From a virus (lineage: Duplodnaviria > Heunggongvirae > Uroviricota > Caudoviricetes), in the IMG/VR virus record IMGVR_UViG_3300014972_000058: a stretch of 6,088 nucleotides of DNA. One strand, 5' to 3'. Both the position numbers and the translations under genes were made by a program. Numbering within the stretch: position 1 is the stretch's first letter; every line of letters starts with the position of its first letter. Below the pieces are notes generated by a model that did no database searches, had not been told where the DNA came from, and saw only the letters and a program-made list of their open reading frames with translations. Positions 1 to 5,108 of this stretch are shown piece after piece.

Positions 1-91
1 TGGCGTTATCACGGTAATGATTCAGCCCCAGACTAAGCGCACCACAGGCCACCAGCAGGGCAATGATGACCACGCACAGTACGCGGTTCAT
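1..91 (-). CDS. Rz: Rz-type i-spanin (inner-membrane spanin subunit), first 30 codons only; gene continues past the window start
   Basis: Reverse-complement of 1-91 translates to MNRVLCVVIIALLVACGALSLGLNHYRDNA: an N-terminal transmembrane segment followed by the NHYRDNA motif recalled from lambda Rz (…VNHYRDNAITYK…). Lies downstream of the endolysin as expected. The embedded Rz1 frame would be outside the window. Confidence 0.75.
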   Translation of the reverse strand, partial: MNRVLCVVIIALLVACGALSLGLNHYRDNA

Positions 92-92
92 T

Positions 93-230
93 TCACCACC
101 AGCGTATCTGACCGATGAAATAACCGGAGGCCATAATCACAAACACCAGCCAGATAAGAATGAACTTCCAGGTGGATAATTTTTCAGCCATCACTCGAAT
201 CTCCCGAATCAGTTTGCTAAAATCAAACAC
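93..230 (-). CDS. Hypothetical small single-pass membrane protein (45 aa from GTG at 230; 32 aa if ATG at 191), stop adjacent to the Rz start
   Basis: Hand translation: MFDFSKLIREIRVMAEKLSTWKFILIWLVFVIMASGYFIGQIRWW. AAAGGAG lies 5 nt upstream of the GTG; hydrophobic stretch WKFILIWLVFVIMASGYFIG; stop TGA at 95-93 is one base from the Rz ATG at 91-89 (TGAaATG), suggesting translational coupling. No family recognised. Confidence 0.4.
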   Translation of the reverse strand: MFDFSKLIREIRVMAEKLSTWKFILIWLVFVIMASGYFIGQIRWW

Positions 231-266
231 ACTTTCTCCTTTGACTTTTCCGGAGTCAGGAAACAC

Positions 267-300
267 AAAACCCCGCTTGGTGCCAACAAACGGGGTTTTT
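267..300. terminator. Hairpin with U/A-rich flanks on both strands (bidirectional terminator-like) between the endolysin and the small ORF/Rz
   Basis: AAAACCCCG (267-275) pairs with CGGGGTTTT (291-299) around a 15-nt loop; followed by TTTTTACTTTTATT on the plus strand and TTTTGTGTTTCC on the minus strand. Confidence 0.4.
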
Positions 301-389
301 ACTTTTATTCACTTACGTTTCGCCAGTTCGCAGGATTTCGTGTTATCCGCCCGCGTGGCCATGCCTTATTTTTCAGCAAAATATTCTGC

Positions 390-923
390 TTATCTGTCGA
401 TTCCCCAGCACGCCAGCGCGCTCTCCTGGTCACGACGGGATACCTGACCATAACAGTTATTTGAGCGGACACGGCAGTCTCTGCCACCGTCCTTAATCCA
501 CCAGCGAATCGCCTCACACGCTCCCCTGCGATCACCTGCATTAATTCGTTTATAAAACGTCGACGGGAAACACTTACCGGGACCAATGTTGTACGGACAG
601 AATGACGCGATCCCCGCTTTCTGGGGTTCACTCAATGGCACTCTGATGTTTTTCTCCACCCATGCCAGCGCCTTATCACGCTCAATGGCGTTAACCCGGT
701 CGCATTTTTCCTTCGACAACTTCATGCCCGGAACGACAGGTTTGCCATCCACCAGGATGGCACCGCGGCAGATGGTCCAGATACCCGCGCCATCACGGTA
801 TGCCGTGGTGTGGTTACCTTCCTTTTCATCCAGAAACTGGTCGAGAATGTCAGGCGCAGGCGCACCAGCGGCAATCAGCGCCAGAACGGCAGCCGACAGG
901 CCGTATCTGATTTTTGCGTTCAT
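390..923 (-). CDS. R: SAR endolysin, phage 21 R / T4-lysozyme-like (GH24) muramidase
   Basis: 177-aa ORF with a Gly/Ala-rich weakly hydrophobic N-terminus (YGLSAAVLALIAAGAPA) typical of signal-anchor-release domains, then a lysozyme core with acidic and Thr residues (EKEGNHTTAYRDGAGIWT) and a …RINAGD.RGAC… block resembling P21 R-type lysozymes. Paired with a pinholin upstream. No obvious Shine-Dalgarno before the ATG at 923. Confidence 0.88.
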   Translation of the reverse strand: MNAKIRYGLSAAVLALIAAGAPAPDILDQFLDEKEGNHTTAYRDGAGIWTICRGAILVDGKPVVPGMKLSKEKCDRVNAIERDKALAWVEKNIRVPLSEPQKAGIASFCPYNIGPGKCFPSTFYKRINAGDRRGACEAIRWWIKDGGRDCRVRSNNCYGQVSRRDQESALACWGIDR

Positions 924-1028
924 GGATATTTATCAGGATTTATCGGTTTCTGAGCCCTAGATATGTTTATCAGTTCCAGCCTGTTGCCTCAGGCTGCTAA
1001 CAGGTCAATACAATCATGAGGATTATTT

Positions 1029-1301
1029 ATGGACAATAACACCATTTCTCTACAGGAGTTGCTCGACAGCATTTCCAGGCTTCGGGAAGACGTGAATACC
1101 CTTACCGTCGCCTTCTCATATCTGGCATTCTCAATTCCAAGGGAACAGATGCAATCAACGCTGGCATCAATCCAGTTTGAATCATGCAATCCCAAATGGT
1201 CTCAGGAACAACAAGACTCTTTCAGGCGGCTTGCTGTATTACTGGATGAAAAATATGCTGGTAAAATTACCATTTCGGCGGACTCTTCAGAGAACCCGTA
1301 A
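1029..1301 (+). CDS. Hypothetical 90-aa protein, antisense to the late operon and convergent with the YdfR-like gene (35-bp 3' overlap)
   Basis: GAGGA lies 7 nt upstream of the ATG at 1029. Predicted soluble, helix-rich product (MDNNTISLQELLDSISRLREDVNTLTVAFSYLAF…); no family recognised. A possible promoter TTGCCT(984-989)-N19-TACAAT(1009-1014) overlaps a 7-bp hairpin at 977-996. The competing minus-strand ORF 989-1195 has no RBS and odd composition. Confidence 0.45.
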   Translation: MDNNTISLQELLDSISRLREDVNTLTVAFSYLAFSIPREQMQSTLASIQFESCNPKWSQEQQDSFRRLAVLLDEKYAGKITISADSSENP

Positions 1302-1611
1302 TTATTCCCGGTAGTTTTCCTCTGTAGGTTATCAACACATCCTGCGCCTCTAAAATTACGGGGCGCTTTTCCGGCGACTGCTCATCCCCTTCACATAACC
1401 CGGCAGCAACATCCAGGAAGACCTGTCTGATGCTCCTTCTGGCTGCTGCCTCATAAAACTCCAGCGAGGCACCTTCAACACGGTCCAGCGAGATGTCCAG
1501 GTCAAAAATTTCACCGTCAAAGCGTTTTTTGTCCCGTAACGCTAAAGTTACCGTAACTTTATTCTCAAAATTGCGGATCCCTTTCACAATCAGTTCATAG
1601 TTTTGAGTCAT
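1267..1611 (-). CDS. ydfR: YdfR-like (DUF1327-type) small lambdoid prophage protein between holin and endolysin; C-terminal third diverged
   Basis: 114-aa ORF whose first ~70 residues (MTQNYELIVKGIRNFENKVTVTLALRDKKRFDGEIFDLDISLDRVEGASLEFYEAAARRSIRQVFLDVA…) resemble my recollection of E. coli Qin-prophage YdfR, which occupies the same holin-lysozyme position. GGGGAGAG RBS; ATG at 1611 sits 5 nt after the holin stop. Family assignment is from memory, not a search. Confidence 0.6.
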   Translation of the reverse strand: MTQNYELIVKGIRNFENKVTVTLALRDKKRFDGEIFDLDISLDRVEGASLEFYEAAARRSIRQVFLDVAAGLCEGDEQSPEKRPVILEAQDVLITYRGKLPGIITGSLKSPPKW

Positions 1612-1615
1612 TGAA

Positions 1616-1831
1616 TTACTCTCCCCGTGCAGCCTTACGACGGTCCTCTCTGATTTTGAAATACAGGTTAGTCAGATATGTCAGCAGCCCAAACAGCAGA
1701 CTCCCCAGCACGCCTATTGCCGCCCACTGAGACGGGGAAACCCTGTCCAGCAACTGCAGGAACCAGTAGCCCGTTCCCACCGCTGACGTGGTGTATGACA
1801 CACCTGTTGTGATTTTTTCCATCTGGTACAT
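1616..1831 (-). CDS. S: Class II pinholin (phage 21 S21-like) with dual-start motif (Met1 at 1831, Met4 at 1822)
   Basis: From the internal Met of the 97-aa track ORF: [71 protein letters not shown] (71 aa), closely matching the recalled S21 pinholin. GGAG lies 7 nt upstream of the ATG at 1831. The extension to 1909 has no homology and overlaps a terminator. Confidence 0.88.
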   Translation of the reverse strand: MYQMEKITTGVSYTTSAVGTGYWFLQLLDRVSPSQWAAIGVLGSLLFGLLTYLTNLYFKIREDRRKAARGE

Positions 1832-1865
1832 ACCCCGTCTCCCGTTATCCGGAAGCTGACAACAA

Positions 1866-1897
1866 TAAAAAAAGCCACCAGTTAAGTACTGATGGCT
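1866..1897 (-). terminator. Rho-independent terminator downstream of nanS-p, upstream of the holin
   Basis: On the minus-strand RNA a 9-bp stem (AGCCAUCAG / CUGGUGGCU, one G-U pair) with a 7-nt loop is followed by seven U. On the plus strand the same stem has a C-A mismatch and no U-tract, so it is minus-strand specific. Confidence 0.6.
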
Positions 1898-1981
1898 CTG
1901 ATAACTCATGCAGGCATCTCAGACGACCCACTGACACTACCGGTGAGTTTAACGATACCTTCCATTTGGCTGGCTCACTTT

Positions 1982-3835
1982 TTATGATGATGCCGGTGCA
2001 TTTATCTCCAGCACCAGACTTTCTATCTCAACGCCATACGCTGCATTTTTGGTAATATCCGTCAGCGTCAGCGCATTCAGCCCCAGTGTCAGACTGTCTT
2101 TTATGACCTGGAATGCCGGGCCAGCCACTCCATTCAGTTTCGGAGTAACCGTGGCACTGCCGGCGGTGAACACCAGCTCCAGCGTCTGCCAGTCGTTACT
2201 GTAATTCCCGAACTCGCCCAACTTTGTGTTTCCTGCTTTCTTGTGATGCATCAGATTCAGTTTGCCGTCTGTGGTCTGGGTGAAGAACGACATCAGGAAC
2301 GGGTTACCAGTCCCGGTCATCGCCACGACGTCAGGTAACGCTACATCGGTATACAGATAAATTCCCAGACCGAACTGGTTGTTGGTCAGTGCGCCTGACA
2401 GTCGAAACTTACAGCTCAGTCTGCCACCCCGTGTCAGCAGGGAGACTGCGTCATCCACCGGGCGCGTCAGGGACCAGGCTTTATTGCTCTGCTTGGTGAT
2501 CTTAAATACACCATCTGACAACTGAATTCCGCCATTCTTAATGCTCCAGCCCTGCGCAGCAGCGTCTCCGGCTGTCGGCAACAGGGAGATTGTGCGTATG
2601 GATGCATCTTCAGACGGCCCCGATGGCGTGTCGCCGCCGGGCGAGGGTTTGATTTCCGGTGCCTTACCACTAATGAAGGCTAAGGTGCGACCGGCTACGT
2701 TCAGAATAGCAGTTGCCATACGATCGGGAATAATGCCACGACGCGCCCATGAGCTGAAATGCGTCGGGCGATTTGATGATACCCAGTTTTTGTTCGTTCG
2801 GGATGCCGAACCGTAATAACCAGACCCGGCAATATCAGGATCTTCTGACGGGTTGTTTGTCGGTGTATTAACTCCGCTACCATCGGTCATAAAGGGAACA
2901 AAATAAATCTGCTGGGATTCTTTACCTTTATATGCACCATATACCACTTCATATTGCGTACCGTGTTCTTGTTTCCACGCGTATGTCGTGTCGCCACAAA
3001 TCCAGGGGACTGATGCCGGACTTCCACCGTGACACTGCGCCGCCAGCCCGGCAAGGTCAGCACGGAACTGCTGTACCATTGCAAGAAATGCTGCTGGCTG
3101 CTGGGCGTAACTGGCATTCGTCATATCGAATTCCCCCTGCATCCAGCATATCGCCAGCAAAACGTTTTTCGGGTTTTTCTGCAATGCTGCCTTCGTGCGG
3201 AAAAGCAGATCCTGATATAACGGCTTACCCACTCCCCAGCGAGCCGAATCCTGACTGGCTCCCGTGGACTCGCTGAATGTCCCCTCCGTGCCCTGGGTGA
3301 ATGCCGAACCACCACGACAGCATGGTACCAGCAGGATCCCCGCATTATTAGGGATATACGGAAGCAGTTTTTTGGCAATATGTAAGCCCTGTCCGACACA
3401 GCCGTACTGCCCTTTGCTCAGGTCAGCCCGGGGATGGTTAATCGTACTCATATCCTGAACATCATGCAGACAATGGTCAGCAGGAATGATGTCGTTAAAT
3501 ACGCATACTTCACCACCGGGAGTCACTGTGTTACGACGGGCCAGTTGCTTAATGCGCGGATGGGGCGCATCGTATGAATCCGGAAGCGGAAGCCCTTCAC
3601 CGTAAGCCATGGCATTGGATTGCCCGGCCAGTACGATGACGTAGTACCACTCCGGCTCAGTTGCACCACTGACGACCACATCACCTTCTGCTGCAATCGC
3701 CTGCATCAGGGTATAAGGGGTTATGGCCACCGGACTACCAAACGGCTGCCAGCCCTCCTTCAGTTTTTGTGTCAGTCGTTTCGCAAGGTCTGACGGCGAT
3801 GCCGCCCTGACCACGTCATAGTGTTTAAATGCCAT
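1982..3835 (-). CDS. nanS: Prophage NanS-p-type 9-O-acetyl-sialate esterase (DUF1737 N-terminus + SASA/SGNH esterase domain + C-terminal domain)
   Basis: 617-aa ORF; N-terminus MAFKHYDVVRAASPSDLAKRL… matches the DUF1737 start of Stx-phage NanS-p as I recall it; GQSN esterase motif at VIVLAGQSNAMAYGEG; GGAGG-type RBS before the ATG at 3835. Position (after the tRNAs, before S) matches the yjhS/nanS-p slot of Stx phages. Confidence 0.82.
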   Translation of the reverse strand: MAFKHYDVVRAASPSDLAKRLTQKLKEGWQPFGSPVAITPYTLMQAIAAEGDVVVSGATEPEWYYVIVLAGQSNAMAYGEGLPLPDSYDAPHPRIKQLARRNTVTPGGEVCVFNDIIPADHCLHDVQDMSTINHPRADLSKGQYGCVGQGLHIAKKLLPYIPNNAGILLVPCCRGGSAFTQGTEGTFSESTGASQDSARWGVGKPLYQDLLFRTKAALQKNPKNVLLAICWMQGEFDMTNASYAQQPAAFLAMVQQFRADLAGLAAQCHGGSPASVPWICGDTTYAWKQEHGTQYEVVYGAYKGKESQQIYFVPFMTDGSGVNTPTNNPSEDPDIAGSGYYGSASRTNKNWVSSNRPTHFSSWARRGIIPDRMATAILNVAGRTLAFISGKAPEIKPSPGGDTPSGPSEDASIRTISLLPTAGDAAAQGWSIKNGGIQLSDGVFKITKQSNKAWSLTRPVDDAVSLLTRGGRLSCKFRLSGALTNNQFGLGIYLYTDVALPDVVAMTGTGNPFLMSFFTQTTDGKLNLMHHKKAGNTKLGEFGNYSNDWQTLELVFTAGSATVTPKLNGVAGPAFQVIKDSLTLGLNALTLTDITKNAAYGVEIESLVLEINAPASS

Positions 3836-4028
3836 GAATCCTCCCGGGCGGGATAATGTTGTGAGTCAGATAAGGAGCAGGCTGAAGTCCGGAAGTTACA
3901 GGACAATGGCAGAAGGGAGACTACAGCCCGCAATTCGAAAAAGACCGCGCAGTTGCGCAGAGTGATTACTATGGGGTATTATTCGCCAGCTGAAATATTA
4001 CTTCACGTTTTATTGTTTATTCCTTGCC

Positions 4029-4057
4029 GCCCGCGTCTCCCAGCGCGGGCTTTTTTT
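4029..4057 (+). terminator. Plus-strand rho-independent terminator with no plus-strand gene upstream
   Basis: GCCCGCG (4029-4035) pairs with CGCGGGC (4044-4050) around an 8-nt loop, followed by T7 (4051-4057). On the minus strand the stem is preceded by the A-run, so it is plus-strand specific. Confidence 0.55.
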
Positions 4058-4061
4058 GTCC

Positions 4062-4330
4062 ATAAGAAAGCCCCTCCGGAGAGGGGCTAAAGCCGCGTAT
4101 CTGTATCATCATGCACATGGTGCCGGGTGCCTCCCGGTGAGTTCAGCCCGGTGCCACTAAACCCGCGTCATTCTCGTTTTGATAATCAGAGATTATACCG
4201 TCACCAGTCGCCCCTCCGCTCAGGGGGATTCACCATGCGAAATTTTTTTAACAAATGCCCAGTCTGACAGGCAACTGTCAACTTACTGAATTGTGAGCAA
4301 CATAGCATTTAACGGGGAACCTGTTTTCTG
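4062..4330 (-). repeat. Copy 1 of a diverged ~240-bp direct repeat unit; candidate structured sRNA gene ending in a hairpin plus U-rich tract on the minus strand
   Basis: Shares with copy 2, in the same order: the perfect hairpin AGCCCCTC-CGGA-GAGGGGCT (4069-4088), CATGGTGCCGGGTGCCTCCCGGTGA.TTCAG (4116-4146), GCCCCTCCGC.CAGGGGGATTCACCATGC (4210-4238), TTTTAACAAA and CTGAATTGTGAG (4286-4297). Spacers between blocks differ in sequence and length. On the minus strand the hairpin is followed by UUCUUAUG. Confidence 0.5.
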
Positions 4331-4361
4331 CAGTAAAAAGGCCCACCGGAGCGGATGGGCC
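4331..4361 (-). terminator. Minus-strand intrinsic terminator immediately upstream (in transcription order) of repeat copy 1
   Basis: GGCCCA (4340-4345) pairs with TGGGCC (4356-4361) around a 10-nt loop; on the minus strand it is followed by UUUUUACUG (plus-strand A5 at 4335-4339). Confidence 0.5.
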
Positions 4362-4547
4362 TGGAAGGATAGCGGTCATGTGATGCCGGTTTCCCGGTAA
4401 CTCAGCACCGGTATCTGAGTCAACGTTTTCTCTACTGGGTCATTTCCGATACGCCCTGCCTGCTGACAGGCTTTCATCACATCTGAAAATATAGCACCCT
4501 GACTGATACTGTAGTACCTAAGGTTCCAGAAACTGTGATGTATCCGG

Positions 4548-4770
4548 CACAGAAAAGCCCCTCCGGAGAGGGGCTGGAGAGTGGCGCTATGTGCCATTGC
4601 ATGGTGCCGGGTGCCTCCCGGTGAATTCAGTACCAGCACCTGAATCCGCGATTATCCCATATACCTACTCGCTGATTGCCCCTCCGCACAGGGGGATTCA
4701 CCATGCCAGTTTCTTTTAACAAACTCCCCGCAAACCAGACAACAGTCAACCGCCTGAATTGTGAGACATT
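4548..4770 (-). repeat. Copy 2 of the diverged ~240-bp direct repeat unit; candidate structured sRNA gene with 3' terminator hairpin on the minus strand
   Basis: Same conserved blocks as copy 1, offset 468-487 bp: hairpin 4556-4575, block 4600-4630, block 4678-4706, CTGAATTGTGAG at 4754-4765. On the minus strand the hairpin is followed by UUUCUGUG. Lies between the tRNA-operon terminator and the 4331-4361 terminator. Confidence 0.5.
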
Positions 4771-4771
4771 T

Positions 4772-4794
4772 AAAAAAAGCCCGCAAAAGCGAGC
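4772..4794 (-). terminator. Rho-independent terminator of the tRNA cluster
   Basis: Minus-strand RNA GCUCGC-UUUU-GCGGGC (6-bp stem with one G-U pair) followed by U7; 16 nt downstream of the last tRNA. Confidence 0.6.
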
Positions 4795-4809
4795 CAGGGA
4801 AAATAAGTG

Positions 4810-4886
4810 TGGCGCGTTGTACTGGATTCGAACCAGTGACCGATTGCTTAGAAGGCAATTGCTCTGTCCGGCTGAGCTAACAACGC
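4810..4886 (-). tRNA. argO: tRNA-Arg (anticodon UCU), canonical cloverleaf with encoded CCA
   Basis: Reverse-complement GCGTTGT-TA-GCTC…GAGC-A-ATTGC-CTTCTAA-GCAAT-CGGTC-ACTGG-TTCGAAT-CCAGT-ACAACGC-G-CCA: all stems perfectly paired, anticodon TCT. Gene name assigned only by position in the ileZ-argN-argO order recalled for Stx phages. Confidence 0.85.
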
Positions 4887-4899
4887 AGGATACAGATAA

Positions 4900-4976
4900 T
4901 GGACCGCCTTCGGGGACCCGAACTCCGCGCAACCAGCTTCGAAAGCTGGCGCTCTTTCCTGATGAGCTAATGGCGG
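4900..4976 (-). tRNA. argN: tRNA-Arg-like (anticodon UCG by my fold), imperfect stems; may be functional or a decaying copy
   Basis: Reverse-complement CCGCCAT-TA-GCTC…GAGC-G-CCAGC-TTTCGAA-GCTGG-TTGCG-CGGAG-TTCGGGT-CCCCG-AAGGCGG-T-CCA. D and anticodon stems perfect; one A-A mismatch in the acceptor stem, one A-C mismatch in the T stem, and G at the usual A58 position. Name by position only. Confidence 0.6.
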
Positions 4977-4983
4977 TATGTGA

Positions 4984-5059
4984 TGGTGGCCCTTGCTGGA
5001 TTTGAACCAGCGACCTGGCGATTATGAGTCGCTCGCTCTCACCACTGAGCTAAAGGGCC
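4984..5059 (-). tRNA. ileZ: tRNA-Ile2 (anticodon CAU, lysidine-type, reads AUA)
   Basis: Reverse-complement GGCCCTTTAGCTCAGTGGTGAGAGCGAGCGACTCATAATCGCCAGGTCGCTGGTTCAAATCCAGCAAGGGCCACCA: canonical cloverleaf, CAT anticodon, and much closer to my recollection of E. coli ileX than to elongator tRNA-Met. Confidence 0.8.
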
Positions 5060-5108
5060 GGGAGCAGAATAATAATGGTGCGTAATTAATTCTGCAATCT
5101 CATCCGTT

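Noticed and set aside
160-960. ORFs 160-447 (+), 305-631 (-) and 586-960 (+) overlapping the endolysin
   Set aside because: They overlap the endolysin in other frames or on the opposite strand, have no RBS and no recognisable features; the endolysin frame explains the region.
989-1195. 68-aa minus-strand ORF opposite the 90-aa plus-strand ORF
   Set aside because: No RBS and Cys/Ser-rich atypical composition; the plus-strand frame has a proper GAGGA RBS and a more protein-like sequence. Not fully excluded.
1616-1909. Full 97-aa version of the holin ORF starting at 1909
   Set aside because: The first 26 residues ([26 protein letters not shown]) have no counterpart in S21-type pinholins, overlap the terminator at 1866-1897 and lack an RBS. 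The internal Met at 1831 has a GGAG RBS and gives the canonical 71-aa pinholin.
2467-3458. Several 60-114-aa ORFs on both strands inside nanS-p (2467-2670, 2541-2816, 2701-2883, 2887-3117, 2932-3276, 3029-3220, 3121-3399, 3264-3458)
   Set aside because: All lie within or antisense to a well-supported 617-aa esterase gene, are Arg/Pro/Ser-rich with low-complexity composition, and have no RBS; typical shadow ORFs of a GC-rich coding region.
3970-4065. 31-codon plus-strand ORF (MGYYSPAEILLHVLLFISLPPASPSAGFFCP)
   Set aside because: No Shine-Dalgarno, and the 3' half is simply the terminator hairpin and T-tract read as codons; more likely RNA structure than a peptide.
4286-4300. AATTGTGAGC, a 10/10 match to the left half of the lac operator, inside the conserved CTGAATTGTGAG block
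   Set aside because: Only a half-site with no inverted partner at the right spacing; most likely coincidence, and the block is better explained as part of the conserved repeat.
4069-4575. Possibility that the two identical 20-bp hairpin repeats (4069-4088, 4556-4575) are a CRISPR array or retron msr/msd
   Set aside because: Only two copies, 487 bp apart, with extended homology beyond the hairpins; no cas or reverse-transcriptase gene in the window. The pattern is a diverged tandem duplication of a larger unit.
3836-4809. Shiga toxin genes stxA/stxB in the tRNA-to-nanS-p interval
   Set aside because: No ORF of suitable size, signal-peptide character or orientation exists on the minus strand in this interval; the slot is occupied by the noncoding repeat units.
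4376-5005. ORFs 4376-4639 (-), 4627-4932 (-), 4652-4858 (-) and 4676-5005 (+) across the repeat units and tRNAs
   Set aside because: They run through or antisense to two canonical tRNA genes and the terminator hairpins. The corresponding frames are not conserved between the two repeat copies (copy 1 gives 10-11-aa peptides at the same ATGs), so they are most likely chance open frames in structured noncoding DNA. A conserved AGGGGGATTCACC-ATG could still mark a tiny leader peptide, which I could not resolve.
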